Positions 52,251-61,036 of a DNA stretch of 64,000 nucleotides are shown here, piece by piece (the first letter of the stretch is position 1; every line of letters starts with the position of its first letter). The translations under genes and the position numbers were made by a program. Where the stretch lies: contig CAWHYG010000007.1 in assembly GCA_963833505.1 (NCBI GenBank), positions 402,996 through 466,995 on the forward strand, in the 5' to 3' direction. The notes below the pieces were generated by a model. It did not search any database and was not told the DNA's origin. It was given only the letters and a program-made list of their open reading frames with translations. This DNA comes from Candidatus Eiseniibacteriota bacterium. Lineage in GTDB: Bacteria > Eisenbacteria > RBG-16-71-46 > CAIMUX01.

Positions 52251-53486
52251 TCAATCCCGCAACGGGGGATCCGGAGACTGCCCGGTGTAGAAACGGCTGT
52301 TCATCCAGGCCGCCCGGATCTCGGGAAGCGAGGCCTTGATCGCCCCCATGGTCGGCACTGCGAGGATCAAGCCCAGGAAACCGAAGAGCAGCCCGGAGGT
52401 GAGAACCCCGAGGAGTACGACGAGAGGATGCAGTCCGAGCCCCCGGCCCTGGATTCTCGGCGTCAGGACCTGGCCTTCGAGCAGGTTCATCGCGAACATG
52501 GTAATGACGCCCTTGATCAGCGTGCCCCAGGGCGCCGGTCCGGTCAGGGCGGTGAGCGCGACCAGAATCATCGTCACCCAGAATCCGATGATCGGCAGAA
52601 GCAACAGGAGAGCCGCCAGCACGCCGAGCGCGATGGGCTGAGGCAGGCCCGAGATCCGGAAGGCCAGCGAGAGCAGCACCGCCTCGATCACGGCGATGGC
52701 TGTCTGACCACGGAAGTAGACCTGGAAGGCGATCTGCAGATCCGTCGCGAGCCGCGTGGCCGCGCCGTGCCACCGCGCAGGCATCCAGGCCAAGGTGCCG
52801 TCCCGGAGCCGCACCCAGTCCAGGAGGAGGTAGTACGCGATCACCGGCATCAAGAGCGCGACTGCGATCCACTGGGCCAGACGGCCCATCTCCTTTCCGA
52901 CTCCGATCAGACCGCCGACGGCCGTCTTGAGGAGCATCTCCACGTGCGCGGTGACCTGATCGAGGATCGGATGGCTCACGGCGCCGGGCGCTGCGGGCCC
53001 GGCCTTCAGAGCGCCGATCCGGATCAGGAGCGGGCCGAGCCGGGACTCCACGAGGTCGTAAGCCTGGGGGATGTGGCGGATCAGGCGCACGGACTCCGCG
53101 ATCAGAGCCGGAATGAGCAGGACCAACGCGAGGACGATGAGGCAGACGATCGGTAGGAGGGCGATGAACGCGGCGACGGGCCGGGGCAGGCGCGGCCGGT
53201 GCAGCCATTCCACCAGCGGCGCCAGCACGTAGGCGATGAGGATGCCGCCGAGGAGGGAATAGACAACCCACCGGGCCTGGTGGACAATCCAGAGGGCCAG
53301 AAGCAGCAGGAGGAGCGCGCCCACCGTGCGCCCGGTCCGGCTCCGCCGGATCGGCCACCAGAGAGCGCAGAGCATCAGAACGAGGGCCAGCGGTCCAAGC
53401 TCCCGCTGGACGACCCAGAGGAGGATGGCCGTCCCGGCCGCCAGCACGAGGGAAAGGGTCAGGCCTCCGTCCAAGGCGCTCTCCAA
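52251..53486 (-). CDS. AI-2E family transporter (PerM/UPF0118)
   Basis: It is 411 aa, polytopic, with a typical AI-2E C-terminal region. Confidence 0.8.
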   Translation of the reverse strand: MESALDGGLTLSLVLAAGTAILLWVVQRELGPLALVLMLCALWWPIRRSRTGRTVGALLLLLLALWIVHQARWVVYSLLGGILIAYVLAPLVEWLHRPRLPRPVAAFIALLPIVCLIVLALVLLIPALIAESVRLIRHIPQAYDLVESRLGPLLIRIGALKAGPAAPGAVSHPILDQVTAHVEMLLKTAVGGLIGVGKEMGRLAQWIAVALLMPVIAYYLLLDWVRLRDGTLAWMPARWHGAATRLATDLQIAFQVYFRGQTAIAVIEAVLLSLAFRISGLPQPIALGVLAALLLLLPIIGFWVTMILVALTALTGPAPWGTLIKGVITMFAMNLLEGQVLTPRIQGRGLGLHPLVVLLGVLTSGLLFGFLGLILAVPTMGAIKASLPEIRAAWMNSRFYTGQSPDPPLRD

Positions 53487-53509
53487 GGTCGGCGAAGAAG
53501 GAGGTCCCG

Positions 53510-54046
53510 ATGGCGTTTCGGATCTTGCAAACCCGCCTCGAGTGGAAGCCTGAGGCGGAGGAACCCGCCTCCCATGAAATCCTGGTCATTCCGGCCAACG
53601 ATCGCCTGTGGATGCTATCCGGGCCGGGGCTGGAGATCAAGAAGCGTTTCGGCAAGGAGATTGAGGCCGAGGCGGCCCGTCAAGGGCCGGTCGCGCCCGG
53701 GGAGATCGTCTCCACTCCGGGGGGCAAGACCGGATACACGCGTCTCTACCACGCCGTCGTGATGGGCCAGGATCAGCACTGGATTCCGGGCGCGGGAGAG
53801 CACGCCATCGTCGCGGCGTGCGTGCAGGCCGACCGGGAGAAGGCCGCGTCCATGGTCGTGCATCCGCTCTACCGGGGCGTTCACGGCAAGCGCGAAGCCG
53901 CCGCCCAGGAAATGCTGGCGGGCTTCCTTTCGTCCCTGGAAAAGGGCACGACTCTCCGTGTGGTCTCGATCCTTTGGGGCCAGCCGGACGAGAAGGAGAT
54001 GCTCCACCAGATGTTCCTGCACCTCCTCGGCCATTCCCGGATCTGA
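53510..54046 (+). CDS. macro domain (ADP-ribose binding/processing) protein
   Basis: The macro-like fold pattern ILVIPANDRL...G.G...GEIVSTPGG...YHAVV is present. Confidence 0.55.
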   Translation: MAFRILQTRLEWKPEAEEPASHEILVIPANDRLWMLSGPGLEIKKRFGKEIEAEAARQGPVAPGEIVSTPGGKTGYTRLYHAVVMGQDQHWIPGAGEHAIVAACVQADREKAASMVVHPLYRGVHGKREAAAQEMLAGFLSSLEKGTTLRVVSILWGQPDEKEMLHQMFLHLLGHSRI

Positions 54047-54059
54047 CCGCGCGATCGGC

Positions 54060-54857
54060 TCACGGAATCCACTGGCCGAGCGGACTCGCCTTGCAGCCCA
54101 CATAGAGCAGGCCATAGAAGAGCCAGACTGCGACAACCGGATAGGCCGTCCGCCGGACCGGGAGCGCCGTCAGAACCGAAAACCCGACCGCCAGCAGCAC
54201 CAACCGGTACAGCTCGAAGACGTCGAACATGTTCAGCCCGGCGGACAGAACCCCCTGGTCGGGACTCACGAAGGCGGCCGGGCTGGTGTAGACGTAAAGC
54301 GAGTGCTTGGAGAGCATGAGCGGCAACCGGAGCAGCTCGCGCGGCAGCGTGACCAGTCCGCTCAGGGCCGTGATCGCGAAGATCTCGGCGAATCGCGCCC
54401 GGGCGCCCAGGACGAAATTGAGCCCCAGCATGTAGAGCAGCGCCGTCAGGGCGAAGCCGAGCAGACAGAGAGCAATGACTCCTCCCAGGGCCTGGGCGAT
54501 CTCGGCCGCAGGGGAAGGAGGCTGCGAAAGCCGATCGATGATCTGGGCCTTTTGATCCTCCGGTATCTTCTCGTTCTGCTCGATGGCCGCTTTCGTGTGC
54601 TCCTGCATGAGATCTCGAAGGAGATAGGTCTGCGAGATCTGGACCAGGCTCAGCGCGATGAGCGGGATCAGCCAGACCGAGACCGTGAGGGGCGGCTGGA
54701 ATGCCTTCCGCGGGCTCGAGAACAGCCAGAAGAAGCGCTGCAGGATGCTCGGTGCGACCGCGCGACCCGGCGCACCCGGCGCCGTGGGAACGATCGGGGT
54801 CCCCGGAGCGTCTCGCTGCCCGTCTGGTCCCGGAGGGATCTCGGGCGGAAATGTCAT
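54060..54857 (-). CDS. Yip1-domain membrane protein
   Basis: The ATG at 54857 follows GGAGG. It has five hydrophobic segments. Confidence 0.6.
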   Translation of the reverse strand: MTFPPEIPPGPDGQRDAPGTPIVPTAPGAPGRAVAPSILQRFFWLFSSPRKAFQPPLTVSVWLIPLIALSLVQISQTYLLRDLMQEHTKAAIEQNEKIPEDQKAQIIDRLSQPPSPAAEIAQALGGVIALCLLGFALTALLYMLGLNFVLGARARFAEIFAITALSGLVTLPRELLRLPLMLSKHSLYVYTSPAAFVSPDQGVLSAGLNMFDVFELYRLVLLAVGFSVLTALPVRRTAYPVVAVWLFYGLLYVGCKASPLGQWIP

Positions 54858-54868
54858 GCTCAACCTCC

Positions 54869-56820
54869 GTGCGCCGGTCAAACCGGCGAGGTGAAGTGAA
54901 TGAAAGAGTCATACATCGAAGGGCCAGCCACCCACGATGGCCCCGAGTCATGCGCTGTCGGCCGCGAGGCCGGGAGTGAAGCGTTGACAGGGGTACGGGC
55001 GGGCCGGGTATTGAACCGCGTAATCCATGAATCACTTCGGGGTGCCGACGCTGTGGAGGTTAGCGGAAGGCCACACCCTGGGCGTCGCCATGGCGAGACG
55101 CCGAGGGACCCCGCGCGGTCAGAGGCCCTGAGCACGTTCGGAGTCACCTTGCATGGGAACCGGGAGATCCCGCCCTCGTCTGGAAGCAGGGTATGCCCAG
55201 ACCGCATCGGGAAGCCGAAAGGCGCACGCCGATGATGGACGAAGGTGGGAGGTCGGACCGACCCGTAGTACCGGGGAAGTCGCCGAACGGTGCCGGGCGA
55301 CCGGTGGCGGAGGTGATGGAGGGAAGGGGTCGGGCCAAGGGGAACTCGCTCGAAGCCGACACGCACCGGACACAGAGCCGGGAGTGCGTGCCCAGCGGAC
55401 TGGAGCGGGTACGACAGGCGGCAAGAAAGGACAGGAAACAGCGGTTCACCACGCTCCTGCACCATGTCTACGACGTGGATCGACTGCGCGCGGGCTACTT
55501 CGCCCTGAAGAAGAACGCGGCGGCAGGAATCGACGGCGAGACCTGGCAGCACTACGGGGAAAACTTGGAAGAGAACCTCCGAGACCTTTCCGAAAGGCTG
55601 AAGCGAGGAGCGTATCGGGCGAAGCCGGTTCGGCGAGCGTACATCCCCAAGACCGACGGGCGGCAGCGGCCGCTCGGAGTTCCGACGCTGGAGGACAAGA
55701 TCGTCCAGCGTGCGGTGGTCGAGGTGTTGAACGCCATCTACGAAATCGACTTCCTCGGATTTTCCTATGGTTCCCGACCGGGACGCAGCCCGCATCAAGC
55801 GCTGGATGCACTCACGGTCGGGATCGAACGGAAGAAGGTGAGCTGGGTGCTCGACGCCGACATCCGGTCGTTCTTCGATACCCTCGACCATGGATGGCTG
55901 CGGAAATTCATCGAGCACCGGATCGCGGACCAGCGGGTCGTGCGCTTGATCCTGAAGTGGCTCAAGGCCGGCGTGCTGGAGGAGGGGAAGCGCATCGCCG
56001 GGAGGGTGGGCACGGTTCAGGGCGGGTCGATCAGTCCCCTCCTGGCCAACGTCTACCTGCATTATGCTCTCGACCTGTGGATCCAGCGATGGAGAACGAA
56101 GCAAGCGCGCGGCGACGTGGTCGTGGTGCGTTTTGTCGATGACTTCGTGGTTGGGTTCCAGCATCGAGACGTGGCCGAGCGGTTCCTGGTCGAGCTGCGC
56201 GAACGCTTCGCAAAGTTCGGGCTGGAGCTGCACCCGGAAAAGACCCGCCTGATCGAGTTCGGTCGCTTCGCCGAGAAGAACCGACGCGATCGGGGGGACG
56301 GGAAGCCCCCGACCTTCAACTTCCTTGGCTTCACGCACATCTGCGGGAAGACCCGGCAGGGGAAGTTCACGGTGCTGCGGCAGACGATGCGCCAGCGGTG
56401 GCAGGCGAAGCTCAAGGAGATCGGCAGCGAACTCCGGAGGCGACTGCACGACCCCGTCCCGGACCAAGGAGCCTACCTGCGGACGGTCCTGCTCGGGCAC
56501 TACCGCTATTACGGGGTGCCTCGAAACGGACCGGCCCTCTCGGCCTTCCGCAACGCGGTGTCCTGGCGATGGGGGCGGAGTCTCCGCCGCCGAAGTCAGA
56601 AGACGCGGCTCACGGTCGTCCGATGGAAACGCCTGGTGACTCAATGGCTCCCCATTCCCCGGATCTGTCAACCCTGGCCCAATCAGCGCCTGGGCGTGAT
56701 GACCCAAGGTGGGAGCCGGATGCGGTAGTCCCGCTCGTCCGGTTCTGTGGAGGGGGCTATGGGTGACCATGGTTCCTACTCCGACCTTGATGCCGGCGTT
56801 TGGCTCGGGCGGCATTCTGC
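54869..56820 (+). mobile_element. group II intron (approximate boundaries); the 5-prime GUGCG is at 54869 and the 3-prime end is undetermined (about 56.78-56.94 kb)
   Basis: The RT/maturase ORF at 55232-56728 defines the element. GTGCGCC at 54869 is the only GUGYG in the 360 nt upstream. A 34 nt hairpin at 56749-56782 has a GUGA tetraloop and a 2 nt 3-prime bulge, which makes it a possible domain V. Confidence 0.5.
55232..56728 (+). CDS. group II intron-encoded reverse transcriptase/maturase (RT domains 0-7 plus X; no En/HNH domain)
   Basis: Motifs RAYIPKTDGRQRPLGVPTLEDKIVQ, ADIRSFFDTLDH, RFVDDFVVG and the maturase LGHYRYYG are present. Confidence 0.9.
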   Translation: MMDEGGRSDRPVVPGKSPNGAGRPVAEVMEGRGRAKGNSLEADTHRTQSRECVPSGLERVRQAARKDRKQRFTTLLHHVYDVDRLRAGYFALKKNAAAGIDGETWQHYGENLEENLRDLSERLKRGAYRAKPVRRAYIPKTDGRQRPLGVPTLEDKIVQRAVVEVLNAIYEIDFLGFSYGSRPGRSPHQALDALTVGIERKKVSWVLDADIRSFFDTLDHGWLRKFIEHRIADQRVVRLILKWLKAGVLEEGKRIAGRVGTVQGGSISPLLANVYLHYALDLWIQRWRTKQARGDVVVVRFVDDFVVGFQHRDVAERFLVELRERFAKFGLELHPEKTRLIEFGRFAEKNRRDRGDGKPPTFNFLGFTHICGKTRQGKFTVLRQTMRQRWQAKLKEIGSELRRRLHDPVPDQGAYLRTVLLGHYRYYGVPRNGPALSAFRNAVSWRWGRSLRRRSQKTRLTVVRWKRLVTQWLPIPRICQPWPNQRLGVMTQGGSRMR

Positions 56821-56944
56821 GACCGCCTCTGCGTGGTGTCAACGGCCGTCGCCGGCCGATCGTGCGGACTCCGAACGGACTCCGACTGCGCGCCGTTGAG
56901 ACACCACCGGAATCCAGGTCTGCGATGTCCGTGCCGGAGCGGGA

Positions 56945-57118
56945 TCAGATCCGGGTTCGGGTCCAGATTCAGGTTCAGGCCCAGATTCGGGTTCGGGTCC
57001 AGATTCAGGTTCGGGCCCAGGTCCGGGTGCGAGTCCAAATGCAGGTTCAGGCCCAGGTCCGGGCTCGGGTCCAGGCACAGGTCCGGATTCTTGTCGGATT
57101 CGAGTCCGAGACCCGGTC
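56945..57118. repeat. tandem repeat of about 170 bp built from a 6 nt (GGNYCN) / 36 nt periodic unit
   Basis: The sequence reads ggttcgggtccagattcaggttcaggcccagattcg, repeated about 4.7 times with drift. It translates as (PEPGSG)n, (QIRVRV)n or (RFRFGS)n depending on frame. Confidence 0.7.
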
Positions 57119-57266
57119 CTTGTGCGGTCCCAGAGCCAGCGTCGTCGCCGGAATCACCTCTGTCACCGGGAGTGGACGGCCAAATGCCGGTTCTGAGTCC
57201 ACCCGGTCCGCAAGGACGTAAAGTTTTCCGACATGTAATGATGCTGTAACACATTGCAATACTATT

Positions 57267-57275
57267 TGTTATAAT
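57267..57275 (+). promoter_or_regulatory. extended -10 promoter TGTTATAAT inside an AT-rich island of about 90 bp (57231-57320) upstream of the polysaccharide locus
   Basis: TG is at 57267-57268 and TATAAT at 57270-57275. The local GC is about 35% against 70% genome-wide. The gene starts at 57378. Confidence 0.4.
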
Positions 57276-57377
57276 TTTATGATTCTAGCGTCGGTTTCCC
57301 AAACAAATCATGCTTGAAGGGTTCGAGGCTTCCGATCATAGTGGAGACGGCCCGGTATCGGAACGAACGGACAGTCC

Positions 57378-60008
57378 ATGAAGGAGAGCCGACGGGTGAG
57401 CTTCCGCCTCAATCTGATCCTGATCAACCTGGTCGACGCGATTCTCCTGAATCTCGCCGTGGTGGCGGCGCTGGCGTTACGTTTTGACGGCGCCATCCCC
57501 GGGCGTTTCCTGCATTCCTTCGCTCTCAGCCTGCCGGTCTACACGATGGGGATGCTCCTGCTCTTGAACGCCGCCGGGATCAACCGCTCCCTCTGGCGCT
57601 ACGCCGGTGTCCCGACCCTTCTGATCCTGGTTCGCACCCTCTCCATCGGGTTCGTCGTCGCCTTCGTGCTCAACTTGATCCCGCGCGTCCATCTCTTTCC
57701 CACCAGTGTCGTTATCCTCTCCTGGATTCTGGCCACCAGCCTGATCCTGGCCAGTCGGCTGGCCTGGAAGATGTTCCGGCACCAGGCCACGGGAGGAGCG
57801 CGGCGCAGCGGGAAGCGGATCCTGATCGTGGGCGCCGGAGACGTTGGCGCGATGCTCGCTCGAGAGCTTCAGCGCGGTGAGGTTCATGCCGGCCATGCCG
57901 TGGGATTCGTGGATGACGACCCGAATAAGCGCGGGCGCCGGGTCGAGACCCTGGCGGTTCTCGGAACCACCTTCGACATCCCGCAGCTGATCGCCGAGCG
58001 GTCCATCGCAGAGGTCCTGATCGCGGCGCCTTCCGCTCCGTCCCGCCTGATCCGCGAGGTCGTGCAGATCTGCCAGAACGCTGGGGTGGAATGCCGGACG
58101 GTTCCGGCGCTTTCCGACTACATCACCGGCAAAGGAGCCCTCGGACAGCTCCGAGACGTGCAGATCGAGGACCTCCTCGGCCGGGAGCCGGTTTCCATCG
58201 ACCTGGAGGGGATCGCCGAACGGATCGGCGGGCGAACCGTCCTGGTCACCGGCGCCGGAGGTTCCATCGGGTCGGAGCTTTGCCGCCAGCTCGCCCGGTT
58301 CCATCCGGGAACGCTGGTGGCGGTCGATCACTGCGAAAACCGCCTCTGCTATCTCGGCCTCGATCTGAACGAGGCCCATCCCGAGCTCAAGCTCGTCCAG
58401 GCGGTCGGCGACATCCGGGATGAAATCGGGATGCGAAACCTCTTTCGAACTCATCGGCCGGAGATCGTCTTTCATGCGGCCGCCCACAAGCACGTCCACT
58501 TCCTCGAACGGGCGCCGCGCGAGGCGATCCTGAACAACATCCTCGGGACGCGCAATCTGGCGCGGGCCGCGGTCGCCTGCGAGGTCGAGACCTTCGTCTT
58601 CATCTCCACGGACAAGGCGGTGAACCCGTCGAACGTCATGGGGGCGTCCAAGCGCGCCTGCGAGCTTCTTCTTCAGTCCATGGCGGGCGAAGGCGCCACG
58701 ACCTTCGTGGCGGTCCGCTTCGGAAACGTCCTGGGCAGCGACGGCAGCGTGATTCCGATCTTCCGCCGGCAGCTCGCGAAGGGCGGGCCGATCACGGTGA
58801 CGCATCCGGAGGTCCGCCGGTACTTCATGACCATTCCGGAAGCGAGCCAGCTCGTCATCCAGGCCGCTCTCTTCGGGACGAGCGGGGACGTCTTCGTGCT
58901 GGACATGGGGGAGCAGGTCCGGATTCTCGACGTGGCCGAACAGCTCGTGCGCCTTTCCGGCCTGCGCCCGGGCATCGATGTCCCGATCCGCTTCGTGGGC
59001 CTGCGGCCGGGCGAGAAGCTGGAAGAAGAGCTTCTGACGCACTCGGAACGGACGCGCGTGACCGAGCACCGGAAGATCTTCCGTCTCGTGCTCGATCCGG
59101 TCGAGCCGGAGAGCGTGCGCCGGCAGATCGACCACCTGGCCGTGCTCGCCGACGGGTCCGCCGGCGATGAGATCCGCGAGGCTCTGGCGGACCTGGTCAC
59201 GGAGTATCGGGTCCAGGAAGTGGCTCCTTTGCCGCCGGCGGTCGAAGTCGACGCGGTTCTGCCTGCGCCTCCGCCGGTTCGCCGGCTGGTCCCGGTCCGG
59301 CATCGCGACCGCCGGGCCAGGCGGGCCGTCGACGTGCTGATCGCCGGGCCGCTGCTCGCGGCCCTGCTCCCGCTCGCCGGTGTCATGCTGCTCGCCTATT
59401 GCGCTCTCGGGCCAGGCCGGGTTCGGCTGAGGCGCCGCGAACGCGTGGGCACCGACCTGCGATCCGGCAACCGGCGCCTGCAGAGCGGCCGCGTCCCCAT
59501 CGATCGGAGATACTCGGATCGCCGGAAGCGGATGCTTTCGGGGCGACCGTTCCTCGCCTGCACGATCGAGTTTCCGCGTCCCGCGGCCAGCGGGGCGCAA
59601 CGCGCGCTGGCCGACTTCCTGCGGCGGCGCGGTCTGGATCGCGCCCCGCTGCTCTGGAACGTGCTCCGCGGCGACATGAGTCTGGTCGGTCCCGGCGTCC
59701 GGCTTCCCGGGGAGATCGCTCCTCTGGATGAATGGACAGCGGAATGGTTGTTCGCCCGCCGTCCCGGATTGACCGGTCCGGCCCGGTGCTTTCTCGACCC
59801 GGCCGAGCTGTCGGGCAGGAGGGCGACGCTGTACGACTGCTACTACGCCCGGTACGGCGGCTGGCGGATGGACGTCGAAGTGCTCTGGCGATCGCTGGGG
59901 CGCCTCGTCCGCGGCGAAGAGCCGGGTGAAGAGATCCTGGGGGACGAACGGCTGCTCGCCGTGGGCGGGTCTTCGGCGGGCCGGATCGAGGAAGGAGGGC
60001 TCGGGTGA
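57378..60008 (+). CDS. fusion protein: polysaccharide biosynthesis CapD/WbpM/PglF-like nucleotide-sugar dehydratase (N-terminal, with transmembrane segments) plus a bacterial sugar transferase (WbaP-like, C-terminal)
   Basis: The N-terminus has four transmembrane segments and the Rossmann motifs GAGDVG and VTGAGGSIGSEL with a CapD core. The C-terminal 250 aa read VLIAGPLLAALLPLAGVMLLAY...LWNVLRGDMSLVGP, which is the Bac_transf pattern. Confidence 0.8.
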   Translation: MKESRRVSFRLNLILINLVDAILLNLAVVAALALRFDGAIPGRFLHSFALSLPVYTMGMLLLLNAAGINRSLWRYAGVPTLLILVRTLSIGFVVAFVLNLIPRVHLFPTSVVILSWILATSLILASRLAWKMFRHQATGGARRSGKRILIVGAGDVGAMLARELQRGEVHAGHAVGFVDDDPNKRGRRVETLAVLGTTFDIPQLIAERSIAEVLIAAPSAPSRLIREVVQICQNAGVECRTVPALSDYITGKGALGQLRDVQIEDLLGREPVSIDLEGIAERIGGRTVLVTGAGGSIGSELCRQLARFHPGTLVAVDHCENRLCYLGLDLNEAHPELKLVQAVGDIRDEIGMRNLFRTHRPEIVFHAAAHKHVHFLERAPREAILNNILGTRNLARAAVACEVETFVFISTDKAVNPSNVMGASKRACELLLQSMAGEGATTFVAVRFGNVLGSDGSVIPIFRRQLAKGGPITVTHPEVRRYFMTIPEASQLVIQAALFGTSGDVFVLDMGEQVRILDVAEQLVRLSGLRPGIDVPIRFVGLRPGEKLEEELLTHSERTRVTEHRKIFRLVLDPVEPESVRRQIDHLAVLADGSAGDEIREALADLVTEYRVQEVAPLPPAVEVDAVLPAPPPVRRLVPVRHRDRRARRAVDVLIAGPLLAALLPLAGVMLLAYCALGPGRVRLRRRERVGTDLRSGNRRLQSGRVPIDRRYSDRRKRMLSGRPFLACTIEFPRPAASGAQRALADFLRRRGLDRAPLLWNVLRGDMSLVGPGVRLPGEIAPLDEWTAEWLFARRPGLTGPARCFLDPAELSGRRATLYDCYYARYGGWRMDVEVLWRSLGRLVRGEEPGEEILGDERLLAVGGSSAGRIEEGGLG

Positions 60009-60976
60009 GATCCATGACACGCTTCGCGGCCGGCCTCTTGATGCTGCTTCTGCTCCCGGCGGCGGCATTCCGGATCTGCGCCGCGGATGAATACGTCCTC
60101 GGTTCCGGGGACGTGATCGCGATCACCGTCTGGGACCACCCCGAGCTCAGCCGCAACGTCTCGATCGCGGAGGACGGCAAGATCAGCGTGCCGCCGCTCG
60201 GGGACCTACCGGCCGCGGGCAAGACGACCACCGATCTGGCCCGCGATCTCGAGTCGGCGCTCCACACCACCTTGCGTTTGTCCGCTCAGGTCACGGTGTC
60301 CGTCGCGGCGTTCAACAGCCGGGCCGTCTCCGTGGCGGGCCAGGTGGACAAACCGGGCCGCTATGCCTTCGAGACGCTTCCGAACCTGATCGACCTCCTG
60401 AGCCTGGCCGGAGGACTCGGACCCGCCGCCGACCTGTCCCGCGTCCGCATCCTCCGCCGGGACGCCGCCGGAATGCAGACCTTGACGGTCGATCTCTCGA
60501 AGGCGGTGCAGACCGGGGACCTCCGCGACGTTCCGCCGCTCAAGGCGGGAGACGTCATCATCGTGCCCGCCGCGGCGCTCACGGGACCGTCGGGCCAGAT
60601 CGAAGCGGCTGCAGCCGGCTCGTCGGTGTTCGTGCTCGGCGAGGTGGCGAGGCCCGGCGCCTATCCTGCGGTGGCCGGCATCGACCTGCTGCAGATTCTC
60701 AGCCTGGCGGGAGGACTCACATCGCACGGCTCGCTGGGAGGCATCAAAGTCGTTTCATCCGGCGGACCCGGGGGACCGTTCGTCGTGAAGGTCGATCTGG
60801 AGCAGGCGATGAGCCAGGGCCGCCCCGGATTCCCGCTTCGTCCGGGCAATGTCGTCCTGGTGCCGGCACAGGGCTCCGGCATCCCCCTTGCGACCTGGAC
60901 GATGGTCCAGCAGGTCCTGAGCGTCTCCAGCAACGTCCTCAACCTGGCGGTGGCCCGCAATGTTCTCAAGCAGTGA
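60005..60976 (+). CDS. polysaccharide export outer-membrane protein (Wza/KpsD-like, SLBB domains)
   Basis: A signal peptide is present. Motifs YVLGSGDVIAITVWDHPELS and GQVDKPGRYAF are present. The GTG at 60005 overlaps the upstream stop, and an alternative ATG lies at 60014. Confidence 0.8.
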   Translation: MRSMTRFAAGLLMLLLLPAAAFRICAADEYVLGSGDVIAITVWDHPELSRNVSIAEDGKISVPPLGDLPAAGKTTTDLARDLESALHTTLRLSAQVTVSVAAFNSRAVSVAGQVDKPGRYAFETLPNLIDLLSLAGGLGPAADLSRVRILRRDAAGMQTLTVDLSKAVQTGDLRDVPPLKAGDVIIVPAAALTGPSGQIEAAAAGSSVFVLGEVARPGAYPAVAGIDLLQILSLAGGLTSHGSLGGIKVVSSGGPGGPFVVKVDLEQAMSQGRPGFPLRPGNVVLVPAQGSGIPLATWTMVQQVLSVSSNVLNLAVARNVLKQ

Positions 60977-61036
60977 TCGCGGAGCGCCCCGGTTTTCCGG
61001 CATGCCCGGCCCGCGGGCCGGCTTCGGGAGGATCTG

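Noticed and set aside
56936-56957. GAGCGGGATCAGATCCGGGTTC as intron domain V
   Set aside because: It is only 22 nt, the pairing is poor, and it lies inside the tandem repeat. The hairpin at 56749-56782 is a better though still unproven candidate.
56709-57254. Three ORFs across the tandem repeat, 149-170 aa
   Set aside because: They are translations of the hexamer repeat ((QIRVRV)n, (PDLGLN)n, (RFRFGS)n) with no ribosome-binding site or plausible start context. Treated as non-coding repeat.
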